Source of the DNA: Longimicrobiales bacterium | GTDB lineage: Bacteria > Gemmatimonadota > Gemmatimonadetes > Longimicrobiales > Gaopeijiaceae | Assembly: GCA_965248195.1 (NCBI GenBank) | Contig: CBDFIQ010000002.1 | Coordinates: 64,001-128,000, forward strand | Length of the DNA stretch: 64,000 nucleotides | Direction of reading: 5' to 3' | Shown here: positions 28,805-38,105 of the stretch, one piece after another | How the letters are laid out: each line of letters opens with the position of its first letter | Position numbering within the stretch: position 1 is the stretch's first letter | Position numbers and translations under genes: made by a program | The notes under the pieces: generated by a model | The model's database searches: none | What the model was told of the DNA's origin: nothing | The model's input: only the letters and a program-made list of their open reading frames with translations

Positions 28805-29665
28805 CTAGTCGAGAGTCTCCGCGAGACGACGCTCCGCGATGGCCTGAAACCGGGGGTCGGGCGGCTCCAGGACCGGCAGCTCCAGCACTCGCTGAAATTG
28901 GCTTCGGGCCTCTTCCTTCCGATCCCGATTCAGGTACATCCTCCCGAGGTCCAGACGGAATAGGATGTACTCGGGCCTCAGCTCCACGGCCCGTGTAAGG
29001 TACCGCTCGGCGTCCTCCCAACTGGTCGAGTTCATGACGTCGCCCCCGAGGAAATTCCTCGCCACCCAACGCTCGAGGCCGGAGAGCCTGCGGACCCTGT
29101 AGTTGAGAACCCCAAGGGCGTGGTAAGCGCCGGCATGCAGGGAATCCATTTCCAAGACCTGGTGGGCCAGGTCGTATACCTCCCCACCGAGTGCCGACGC
29201 TTCTCGGCCCCCCGACTGGACGGCTCGGAGACCCTTAGCGCTCAACAACCAGTACAGCCCTACGAGATTTTCCGGCTCGATCTCGGTGGCCCGACGAGCG
29301 TAGGACTCCGCGATCTTGTACCACTGATTTTGTATCCTTCTCCCCCGGGAGAGGAGCCCCTGAGCGATGGCAGAGCGGGCCGCGCCCCACAACGCTTCGT
29401 AGTTCTCCGGAAACTCGTCGATGACGTCCTCGAAGAGTTGAAGGGACTCCATGACCCGATGGTCGAGGAAGAGGTCGTGCGCCTCTGAGATCCGGGGGTC
29501 GGCGCCGGCTCGGGCTGGGTCCGTGATCACCTGTGAGCGCGGCCCGGAGATCGGCCCGGAATCTGCGGCGGTCCGCAGTCCAGTCTGAGCCGCAGCGACG
29601 GGCGGCACCACCAACAGGGTGGCGCCGAGTATCGCGAGAAGGGGTCGTCTGGACGAGACGTTCAC
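28805..29665 (-). CDS. Secreted TPR-repeat protein
   Basis: Signal peptide; TPR-like helices (YEALWGAAR, GAYHALG, YLTRAVELRP). Confidence 0.75.
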   Translation of the reverse strand: MNVSSRRPLLAILGATLLVVPPVAAAQTGLRTAADSGPISGPRSQVITDPARAGADPRISEAHDLFLDHRVMESLQLFEDVIDEFPENYEALWGAARSAIAQGLLSRGRRIQNQWYKIAESYARRATEIEPENLVGLYWLLSAKGLRAVQSGGREASALGGEVYDLAHQVLEMDSLHAGAYHALGVLNYRVRRLSGLERWVARNFLGGDVMNSTSWEDAERYLTRAVELRPEYILFRLDLGRMYLNRDRKEEARSQFQRVLELPVLEPPDPRFQAIAERRLAETLD

Positions 29666-29811
29666 AGTATCGCGCTGCCTACAGTTCGTGAGAGATTCAG
29701 GGATTCAGGTGGGCATCGACCATGCCAGTGGCTCGTACCCCCGCGGCCCGAAAAAGTCATGGGAAGTCTCGTTACCTGTGTAGCTGGCCGCAACCCGTGC
29801 TCCGCAGATGG

Positions 29812-30753
29812 TCAGCCCATGCGCAAACACCGCTTACAACGGAGGCCTCGACCTCCGGCGTACTTTAATACGCGCCCCAGACCCACGTCGTCGAAGTAGC
29901 TGCCCAAGCAGAGCGTAAGACTGTCGGGCTCTGCGAGGAACGCCTTTACAGCCCAAGGCCGGCCCATGATGCCGCATAGGAGCAGCAGGGTCCGCGGTCC
30001 GGTGGGTCCGTCGGTCGTGTTCACCCCCCATCCGATCTCGTCGGCCCACACATCGAACACCTCGGCTGTTTCGTGCGCTCGGAAGCGATCGACTCTCAGT
30101 ACCGCACGGAAAGAGACTCCGAGCAGACGCTCGATGGCGTCGACATCGTGTTCCGTACTGCACACGAGGAATGCCTCACCGCCCCTTTTGGCCAGGGCGG
30201 CCGCCAGCCGCGGCCGACTCCAACGCATCGCGTGATGGAAGACCGTCGCGGGCAAGCGGTGGAAATGCCGGAGGTCGGGAAACCCTCGCAGCACGTCCTC
30301 CGCCTGAACTCCATGGCAGCGCGAACGGGGTAGGCCCACGAGAAACCTCTCGCGGATCCTCGGATCGGATGAGGCGGTCAACCGCTCGAGGCAGTCCTCG
30401 AGAAGATGTCTGACATGCGCAGAACAGATCTCGACGCCATCCCTGTTGGAATGTGCCCCCTCGATCAAACAACGGCACTCACCGTCGTTGAAGTGTGCGA
30501 ATCCGAACCCCCGACCCTGGTCCAGCTCTCGGAGCACGACGTGAATGGGCCATGCGTCGCACCCAGGCGATTTTCCGTGCTCGGAAGACTCCGTGCGCCC
30601 GACGTCGGATCCCTGTCCGACGCCGGATTTCTGCACGCCCCAGATCGACCGCGAGTAGACCCGGCGTTGTGGCAAAATGCCTCGTCGTGCGAGCCAGCCT
30701 CGCAGAACCCGTAGAGGCGGAGTGTCCATCCAAGCTCCTACCCGTCGTATCAT
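29812..30753 (-). CDS. Hypothetical protein, possibly GT-D-fold glycosyltransferase-like
   Basis: FGFAHFNDGE resembles the GT-D RFxDGE motif; coupled to the upstream sulfotransferase by an ATGA overlap. Confidence 0.5.
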   Translation of the reverse strand: MIRRVGAWMDTPPLRVLRGWLARRGILPQRRVYSRSIWGVQKSGVGQGSDVGRTESSEHGKSPGCDAWPIHVVLRELDQGRGFGFAHFNDGECRCLIEGAHSNRDGVEICSAHVRHLLEDCLERLTASSDPRIRERFLVGLPRSRCHGVQAEDVLRGFPDLRHFHRLPATVFHHAMRWSRPRLAAALAKRGGEAFLVCSTEHDVDAIERLLGVSFRAVLRVDRFRAHETAEVFDVWADEIGWGVNTTDGPTGPRTLLLLCGIMGRPWAVKAFLAEPDSLTLCLGSYFDDVGLGRVLKYAGGRGLRCKRCLRMG

Positions 30754-31715
30754 GCTTTGCTAAAGGGCGCCCTCAGGGCGCGCAAACGCCAGAGTTGGGA
30801 CCGGATGATCATGGTGGTGGCGGCCCTCGCCAGGGGGTGACTGCTCTTTGGGACCTGAAGTGTGGGGGCATATCCCCCCGCTGAGAGGACCCGGGCTAGA
30901 AGGGCCTCGGTCTTCTCCAGTTGAGACCGCGAGAGGACGTCGTGGTAACGGCCTACGGCCGCCTTCGAGACGCCATGTAGAGCAGAGTCGAATCTCGAGT
31001 TTCCGAAATACTCGGCCCCGAGAACGGTCGGCATGGCAACGACGGGGTCGTAGGGAACGTCCAGAAACCGACAGACCTCCCGCATGACACGAACAGGGTC
31101 TTCTACGAGTCGTTCATAGGAAACTACGAGGAAGCGCGTGTCCTGCTCGTGTTGGGTCACGACCTGATGTGCGAGTCGCCCCGTGAGTGCCAGCTGAAAA
31201 ATGGAGCGCGACGGTTTCTGTTTCAGGGCGGAAGCGATCACGTCGCGAGGATCCCGGCGCATCACCAGAATTCGCGCGTCTGCCGGAAACCACCTCAGGA
31301 GTAGGTCGCACTCGTAGAGATGGCGTGGGGTCTTTTCCACCCACCGGGCTTCCTGAGACGACCGTGTAAGCTCCCGCCATGCCTCTACCAGGGCGAGCAA
31401 TCGCGCCCGCGGCCCCCGTGTCCGGTTGAATGCACGCTCGAGGGCCTCCTCGACATCCTCCCTCGACATGGATGGCCGGTGCCGGTGAATGGTGGTCCAA
31501 AGGTAAGTTCGGTCGAGCACGGCGGTGACCGGGTCTCCAGATCTAGCCCAGTCGAACAGGTGTGTCTCGAACGGGATGACGAGGAGTTGCGGATGATTAT
31601 CCAGCAGTGCCCGCAGCAGATTCGTGCCCGATCGCGGATGGCCGACGATGAAGGTCGCGGAGGCAGCGCTCCGGGCGTCCCTCGATCGGGGTACACCAGC
31701 ATCAGAACCGTTCAA
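30750..31715 (-). CDS. Sulfotransferase (Sulfotransfer_3 type)
   Basis: 5-prime PSB FIVGHPRSGTNLL, WVEKTP, 3-prime PB RDPRDVIAS, YERLVEDP. Confidence 0.92.
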   Translation of the reverse strand: MNGSDAGVPRSRDARSAASATFIVGHPRSGTNLLRALLDNHPQLLVIPFETHLFDWARSGDPVTAVLDRTYLWTTIHRHRPSMSREDVEEALERAFNRTRGPRARLLALVEAWRELTRSSQEARWVEKTPRHLYECDLLLRWFPADARILVMRRDPRDVIASALKQKPSRSIFQLALTGRLAHQVVTQHEQDTRFLVVSYERLVEDPVRVMREVCRFLDVPYDPVVAMPTVLGAEYFGNSRFDSALHGVSKAAVGRYHDVLSRSQLEKTEALLARVLSAGGYAPTLQVPKSSHPLARAATTMIIRSQLWRLRALRAPFSKA

Positions 31716-32464
31716 GGTTCTTCAAATCGGTAACCGAAGTGATCGACGTGACGATGATACGCCTTGGCTACGATCTCTCGTGTTCGATCATCGTAGTACG
31801 CCGAATAGTGTTGCCGCTCGGGCCTGCTCTTCGACTTCAATGACGGAAGGTTGGATTGGGCTACTCCGATCCGTTCGCAGACCGACCTGTAGTCGTCCTG
31901 GAGATTCTCGTAGCGGATCACGAAGTCGAGCCCCATCGAGCCCGAACGGTCGAAGTAGAAACGATCGTTTGACGGATAAAAACGCAACATGTAAGTCACG
32001 AAAAACTCGAGCGTGAGCTCCTCGATCTTCAGGAAGGATCGGGCGAGCCCCGCCCCCAGGACGATGAAATTCTTCCGCAATTGGAAGGGTTTCCTCCAAA
32101 ACCGACGCAGGCTCCTCCCAACGGTTCCCTCATAACGGTGCCAAACGTCCCCCCGGGTCGCCCAGTGGTACTGGGACACCACCAGATCCCAGGGATTGCG
32201 AATGACGGCGAACTTGAAATAGTCATCCCATAACTCTCGACCGAGGCGCCTTCGGACCGGGATCAGGCCTGAGTGACGGTCGTAACCTCGCCATCTCGTT
32301 CCTGGGTGTTCGTACTGGTCCTCGTCCCATTTGGGGTTGAACGCACCGATCGGAGTGACGATGTCGCCGTCTCGACAGTGCTGAGCGAGTGCTACTTCCA
32401 CGCTGGTCCCGGCGACTTTCCGGGCCTTGAGGTATATGAATTTATGGCGATGAGAAATGATCAT
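31712..32464 (-). CDS. Sulfotransferase family 2
   Basis: MIISHRHKFIYLKARKVAGTS, FAVIRNPWDLVVS, RYENL. Confidence 0.92.
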   Translation of the reverse strand: MIISHRHKFIYLKARKVAGTSVEVALAQHCRDGDIVTPIGAFNPKWDEDQYEHPGTRWRGYDRHSGLIPVRRRLGRELWDDYFKFAVIRNPWDLVVSQYHWATRGDVWHRYEGTVGRSLRRFWRKPFQLRKNFIVLGAGLARSFLKIEELTLEFFVTYMLRFYPSNDRFYFDRSGSMGLDFVIRYENLQDDYRSVCERIGVAQSNLPSLKSKSRPERQHYSAYYDDRTREIVAKAYHRHVDHFGYRFEEP

Positions 32465-32584
32465 GGATGGATTGCGAACGAGAGCCCACCTCGGTCAGCG
32501 GATGTTGCAGTTCCCTTGGGAGAATAGCAAACTGGTCAACCATGATGGTCCTGTCGGCGTCCATGCTCGTCTCGCGAACGTGAG

Positions 32585-33526
32585 ATGACCTCGCCACGTG
32601 ACGTGACCCCGGGAGGGCCTGCCGTCGACCTCGTGTACACTTGGGTCGACGGGGACGACGCGCAGCTTCGGGCCGACATAAAACAATACGCCTCTGGTTC
32701 GAAGCATCTCAACCCTGAGCGGATGCGCGATCCGTATGATCTGCTCCGCTATAGTCTCCGGTCGGCGGACATGTTCGCGCCCTGGATCAGAAATGTCCAC
32801 ATCATTACGCGTCGCCCGCAGGTCCCGAGGTGGCTCGACACGAACAATCCACGGATGCACGTCGTTCACCACGACGAACTGAGTGGCTTTGGACCCTATC
32901 TACCGACGTTCAACTCGACCGTCATCGAAAGCTTCGTCCATGCCGTCCCCGGTCTCTCAGACCACTTCCTCTATCTAAATGACGATTTTCTTTTCGGGGC
33001 CCCGTCAGTACGGGAGGACTTCTTGACGACCACCGGAAAGCACAAGGTCTTCGGAACGTATTTCGGCATCTGGCTTCCTTTCCGGATCTATCGAAAACGA
33101 TGGAAATTCTACAACAACGGCCACATCGAGCACTGTCCCAGGTTCATCTATCGACCGTTTTGGGAAGCCATGTTGGAGGCCCATGGCAAGGCGCTGCACC
33201 GGACGCGCAGCAACCGCTTCCGGGCTGGATCAGATCTACGCATGGATCGACTCTACCGAATGTGGATGCTCGGGCCGAGGAGGCGGGACTCCGAGCCGGT
33301 GAAGGCTCGCGATCTGCTTCGGTACCACCGCTTTCACCGGATCGATAACAACCGCAAGAGGCAGGACCGCCGTCTGGACGCCCTCGTAAGGATGCGGCCC
33401 AAGTTCTATTGTCTCAACGATGACCAGGGAGCAAATCCCGATGCCTGGGTCTGCGACCGCGTGCAGGGGTTCCTGGACGCCTATTACCCCGACGCGTCCG
33501 AGTTCGAGCGGCGGGCAACACCGTGA
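32585..33526 (+). CDS. Stealth-family hexose-1-phosphate transferase
   Basis: CR1 DLVYTWVDG; CR2 LRYSLRS..PW...PTFNS..IE...GLSDHFLYLNDD; CR4 FYCLNDD. Confidence 0.92.
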   Translation: MTSPRDVTPGGPAVDLVYTWVDGDDAQLRADIKQYASGSKHLNPERMRDPYDLLRYSLRSADMFAPWIRNVHIITRRPQVPRWLDTNNPRMHVVHHDELSGFGPYLPTFNSTVIESFVHAVPGLSDHFLYLNDDFLFGAPSVREDFLTTTGKHKVFGTYFGIWLPFRIYRKRWKFYNNGHIEHCPRFIYRPFWEAMLEAHGKALHRTRSNRFRAGSDLRMDRLYRMWMLGPRRRDSEPVKARDLLRYHRFHRIDNNRKRQDRRLDALVRMRPKFYCLNDDQGANPDAWVCDRVQGFLDAYYPDASEFERRATP

Positions 33527-34278
33527 GCGTCAGCGCGGTCATCCTGAACTGGAATCGGCCGTTATGGTTACGCCGTGTGATCCTGCCCTTGCTCGCTCGG
33601 CATCCTCTCGTCGACGAGATTCACGTTTCTCACGGCCGTGAGCGGACGTGCTTCTCGTTCGAGAGCCCACGCTGTGAGATCGTCCACCGTCACGACTGGG
33701 ATCTCGACGATCGTTATGGGCTCGCTTTGCGTTTTGTGGCAGCGAGGGAAGTAGAGAACGACGCGGTTTTGATCCTCGACGACGACTTGGTCGTAGCCGG
33801 GCGCTCGATCACGCATCTCAAGGCTTCCTTCGACGCAGCGCCCCATACGCTACACGGGATCTTCGGACGTCGTATCAGCCCGGCCTACGAATACTCCTAC
33901 GACGGATACGAGCAGGGTGAGACACCGCTCGTACTGACTCGCTGCCTCATGATGCACCGTTCCTACGCGGACGTATTCCTCGAAGCGGAGCCATCCGCAG
34001 CCGGGCTCATCGCCCGGGGCGTACCCAAGTGGAACGGGGAGGACATCTTCCTTTCGCTTCTGTCGATTCGGAGGACAGGCACCCTGCCCCGTGCCTACGA
34101 TCTTCCCTACAAGAATGTCTGGGGAAGGCGTCGCGGCAGCGTCTCAACGACGAAGGTGCCCCCTGGTGAGGGGGAGAAGATGGCCCACAAGGCCTACCGT
34201 TCCTGGTTCACGGGTGAGGCCATCGAACTGCTCGGGGTCCAGACCCAGATCGACGGTTACCTGGGGAGGACTGGCTGA
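33523..34278 (+). CDS. GT64 (EXTL/exostosin C-terminal-like) glycosyltransferase
   Basis: LRF..., DAVLILDDD, GIFGR, LVLT, NGEDI and H..YRS match the GT64 motif order. Confidence 0.75.
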   Translation: MSVSAVILNWNRPLWLRRVILPLLARHPLVDEIHVSHGRERTCFSFESPRCEIVHRHDWDLDDRYGLALRFVAAREVENDAVLILDDDLVVAGRSITHLKASFDAAPHTLHGIFGRRISPAYEYSYDGYEQGETPLVLTRCLMMHRSYADVFLEAEPSAAGLIARGVPKWNGEDIFLSLLSIRRTGTLPRAYDLPYKNVWGRRRGSVSTTKVPPGEGEKMAHKAYRSWFTGEAIELLGVQTQIDGYLGRTG

Positions 34279-34282
34279 GGGG

Positions 34283-35971
34283 TCAGGGCTCGCCCTGCCG
34301 GAATTCGAACGTGAGCCCAAGTCGCAAGAGGAAGGAGAAGCGTCCCTCCCTCGACCCGTCCACATGGCCTGCATTGGAGATGAAGCTTCGTCCCATGTCC
34401 CACTCCAGGAAGAACTCGCTGCGGGGCTGATACCGCCCCTGCAGCGCCACACGCTTGGTGGTCTCCTTTACCCCGATGAAGATCCCGGGTAGGGCCAAAA
34501 ATTCATCCAGCGGCGGAAAGGGAATGCGGTAATCACCCTCCCCCGTGCGCTGAAACTGAAACACGGGTGAAAGGCGGAGACCCTCAACGGAGGGATACAG
34601 GTCGGCCCGCAAGGTGAGACGGTCGTAGTCTGACCACGGGTCGCCCAGCCCCCGGTCGAGGTGCGTCCAAATTTCTGTTAGGACACCTGAACGGTACGAC
34701 AACGCGGAAACTCTGCGGTAGTCGAAGCCGAGCTCGAGGCGATCGGATACACCGAGGTAACGTCCACCCAGGCTCAGCTGAAACGAGGTCGCCTCGATGG
34801 GGCGGTCCACCTGCCCGGTGCGCGGGTTGAGGTCGAAATCGTCGAGGGTGAACTCGCCGTAGAGCGTTACCTGCCCCACCCGTGACCAGAACATCCCGTT
34901 GAACATCAGGTTTCCCGAGATCTCCGTCCGCTTATTGTTGGCGTTGTGGTCGAAGAAGATCAACTCCAGCGGGTTGAAAAGCCTTAACACCGCACTCTCA
35001 CCCGAGTATAGAGCGGCCTCACCGAGCGACACCCAAAAATTGCCGCGGCGGTAGTCGAGCCGATTGCCGACGATGTAGCGCTGTCGCCCGTCGACCGACT
35101 CCAACTCGCCGGCCATGAAGCGGAAGCTGAGGGCTCCCCGCCCCAGGTCGAGTCCGACCTGGGGATAGGTAGTGGCATTGTCCCCGATCATCATGCCCGT
35201 CTGGCCGATGGGCCCCCAGTTCCGTTTGAATCGGCCGACCCAGATGTTGCCCCACGGGTAGGCCAAGGTCAGGTAGGCGTTGTCCGTGCGCCCTAGGGCC
35301 TTGAAACCTCCTGGATTCTGGCCGTCCGGATCTCCGTGCTTCTTATAAAACCAGGTGTCCCAGAAGAGCCTCGTCTCCACAGCGACGTTATGGGTTTCCA
35401 GCCAGAGACCGCCTGCCCAGGACCACCAGGCGCGATCATTAAACCCTTCATTTTCGGAGGTGCGGAAAGGCATCAAGGGATCACGGCGTCGGCTGTCCGC
35501 ACCGGTACGCCCATGAAGGAACTGGAAGCCCACTCGCTGCCTAGACGCCTCATCCTCCGATTCCGAGAGGCGCCTGAACTCAGGGGCGAGTTCGCGCATC
35601 AGCATACGGACCCAGCCGGCGGCCGGCGCTTTTAGCGAATCCGGTTCGACGCCGAGCAGCTCCATTGCGACATCGATCCTGCGATAGGGCTGTGCTAGCG
35701 GATTCAGGCCCGGCAGGTACCCTCTGCTCCGGAGCCGTTCGATGTTTTCGTACGTCCACGAGTCTAGCGAAAGGATGCGTGATCCCATGCGGCCCGGGTC
35801 TTGGGCGGACGCGCGAGGGGGAGCCCAAAGCTCGGGACCCAGCAACACCATGCCAATGAGCATCGAGCGCAGGGTGAACCCTACGGCGCCGGATACCACG
35901 ATGATGCGCTCTGCCGGGCCGGGTGCCGCCATGCTGGCCTCCACTGATATCGGACTCATGCTGCTCTTCAC
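34283..35971 (-). CDS. Wzi-like capsule-assembly outer-membrane beta-barrel
   Basis: Helical N-terminus (PYRRIDVA), GRFKRNWGP, LYGEFTLDD; amphipathic beta strands. Confidence 0.7.
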   Translation of the reverse strand: MKSSMSPISVEASMAAPGPAERIIVVSGAVGFTLRSMLIGMVLLGPELWAPPRASAQDPGRMGSRILSLDSWTYENIERLRSRGYLPGLNPLAQPYRRIDVAMELLGVEPDSLKAPAAGWVRMLMRELAPEFRRLSESEDEASRQRVGFQFLHGRTGADSRRRDPLMPFRTSENEGFNDRAWWSWAGGLWLETHNVAVETRLFWDTWFYKKHGDPDGQNPGGFKALGRTDNAYLTLAYPWGNIWVGRFKRNWGPIGQTGMMIGDNATTYPQVGLDLGRGALSFRFMAGELESVDGRQRYIVGNRLDYRRGNFWVSLGEAALYSGESAVLRLFNPLELIFFDHNANNKRTEISGNLMFNGMFWSRVGQVTLYGEFTLDDFDLNPRTGQVDRPIEATSFQLSLGGRYLGVSDRLELGFDYRRVSALSYRSGVLTEIWTHLDRGLGDPWSDYDRLTLRADLYPSVEGLRLSPVFQFQRTGEGDYRIPFPPLDEFLALPGIFIGVKETTKRVALQGRYQPRSEFFLEWDMGRSFISNAGHVDGSREGRFSFLLRLGLTFEFRQGEP

Positions 35972-36037
35972 GAGCGAGAGTCGCCTAGGTTAACCGAGGC
36001 GAATGGCCGTCTCAAGGCAGATCGATCCGGCGATGGG

Positions 36038-37891
36038 TCAAGCTCCCACGGGTGCGTCCGTCTCGGATTGGGCCCGATAGAGTTGGTGAAAAGCACCACG
36101 CCGCTCGATCAACTCACTCCAAGTGCCGCTCTCGACGATGCGACCACCCTCGAATACGAGGATGAGGTCCGCGTCCCGAATGGTGGACAGTCTGTGTGCG
36201 ATGACGATGAGCGTATGTCCCGTCAGCCGCCGCTTGATCGCGTCAGCCACACCCTGCTCGATCACGCTGTCTAGTGCCGAGGTCGCTTCGTCTAGAATCA
36301 CTATGTCCGGATTTCGCAAGAGAGCTCGAGCGAGTGCGATGCGCTGCCGCTGTCCGCCGGAAAGACGCACGCCCCTGTCACCCACCTCCGTGTCGAGACC
36401 GTTCGGAAGGTCCTCGAGAAAGCCGTCGAGCGCGACGTCGGAGAGGGCCCGGACCAACTCCCCGTCCGGCACCGTCCTCTCGAGACCAAACGTGAGATTG
36501 TCGCGCAAAGACCTGTTCAATAGCCAGACATCCTGGCTGACGATGGCCATGCGGGCATGCAGCGACGGGAGGGAGTACTCCCGGACGTCGGTACCATCCA
36601 GAAGGATCGTGCCGGGATCACAATCGTAGAAGCGTGCAAGGAGATCGACGAACGTCGTCTTGCCGGCTCCACTCGAGCCCACGATAGCGGTGACTTTACC
36701 GGCGCGGATGGTCGTATTCAGGTCATGCAGAGCCTCCGTCGCGCCTGCGTAGCGGAAGTAGAGCTTTGAGACCTCGATCTCGTGCTCGAGCCCGCCGAAG
36801 GTCTTGTCGCCGGAGGGCACGATGAACTTGCCCTCATCGGAAAAGAGCCCTGCCACGGCTTCCAAACGAGGAAGTTCCTCGAAGACTCGGACGCCAAAAC
36901 GGCTGATCAGCTTGTAGTCGCGAAGTGCTTGCTGAAGCACGATCAGAAAAGCGCCGAAAACCGCCAAGTCCGCCGGGCGAAAATCCCCGGTCGCATAGAT
37001 GAACACGCCCTGTACCAGGAGCATCGCCAGGAGGATGGTGATTTCCTCGATGGGATAGCGAATTCCGATCGCCCGTTCGCGCCGCACGGCCACGCTCTCG
37101 CCTTGGCGGAGGACCCCCTCGTACATACCCGATGCGGTCTCTTCCTGCGAGTACGCCTTTATGAGCGGAATGGCGCCCAAGAGATCGAGGATTTGTGCGC
37201 GTATCTGTCGGTCTACCTCGACCCCCTCCTCCGAAATGCGCTTCACGGCCCGATTCACTGCGGCCACCAGACGTTGCACCAACGGCAGCGTCACGATGAA
37301 GGCGATGGAGAGCGGGATCGAGATCGCCATCATCACGGCGGCCTTCACCAGCAGTGAGACCACATAACGGAAGAGCTCCTGAGCCGCGATCAGCAGTCCG
37401 AGCACGGAGCTGGACCAACCGATTTCCGCATCGATTCTGCCAATCGCCTGGCCGTCGAAGTACTGTCGACCGAACGCGAGCACTCTGCCGAACGTCTCCT
37501 TGCCGACCTTTACCCGGTACCGTTCGTTGCGCGCCGTCGCGATGATCCGCGACACATATTGGAGCCCCTGCTTCCCGACACGTCCGAGAATCATCAGGAC
37601 GGCGAGGCAGAGCACGAGGTAGGCGTCTCTCGCGGAGGGGTCCAGTCCCTCCGGGACGAGCCGGAGGATCCACCCGAAGGCTCTCGACTCCTCGAGGAAG
37701 TCGAAGGAGTTCTCCACCACCGCGTCCTTGAGCGGGATGAGAAGTGAGAACGAGACCCCTTCGAAAGCGCTCGCGACCAGGATCAAGCCCATAGGTAGCG
37801 CCAGGTGCCACGCCTTGACCTCAGCCACCCGCCAGTAGTGGCGGAGGACGCCGATCGGCGTCGCTCGTGTCCCTTTTTCCGTTGCCGTCAT
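36038..37891 (-). CDS. MsbA-like ABC exporter (fused permease/ATPase)
   Basis: TM domain, GSSGAGKT, LSGGQRQR, LDEATSALD, IAHRLST. Start uncertain (up to 37957). Confidence 0.93.
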   Translation of the reverse strand: MTATEKGTRATPIGVLRHYWRVAEVKAWHLALPMGLILVASAFEGVSFSLLIPLKDAVVENSFDFLEESRAFGWILRLVPEGLDPSARDAYLVLCLAVLMILGRVGKQGLQYVSRIIATARNERYRVKVGKETFGRVLAFGRQYFDGQAIGRIDAEIGWSSSVLGLLIAAQELFRYVVSLLVKAAVMMAISIPLSIAFIVTLPLVQRLVAAVNRAVKRISEEGVEVDRQIRAQILDLLGAIPLIKAYSQEETASGMYEGVLRQGESVAVRRERAIGIRYPIEEITILLAMLLVQGVFIYATGDFRPADLAVFGAFLIVLQQALRDYKLISRFGVRVFEELPRLEAVAGLFSDEGKFIVPSGDKTFGGLEHEIEVSKLYFRYAGATEALHDLNTTIRAGKVTAIVGSSGAGKTTFVDLLARFYDCDPGTILLDGTDVREYSLPSLHARMAIVSQDVWLLNRSLRDNLTFGLERTVPDGELVRALSDVALDGFLEDLPNGLDTEVGDRGVRLSGGQRQRIALARALLRNPDIVILDEATSALDSVIEQGVADAIKRRLTGHTLIVIAHRLSTIRDADLILVFEGGRIVESGTWSELIERRGAFHQLYRAQSETDAPVGA

Positions 37892-38105
37892 CCGGTCGTC
37901 GGCCTTCTGCTGGAACTTTAGGGTATCGGATTGCCTCCCTGCGGTTGAGTATAGCACTGGCCGGGGGCGTGAACGACCGGGCTCGGGCCTTGGACGGCAC
38001 GTCGGCCTTGACGTTGCCTCACGGCGCGGTGTCTTTCAGATTCCCAGCGGACCGATTTCCAGCACCCTATGAACCAGAGGGGCGTGTGGGACCTCCTGTA
38101 CCATC

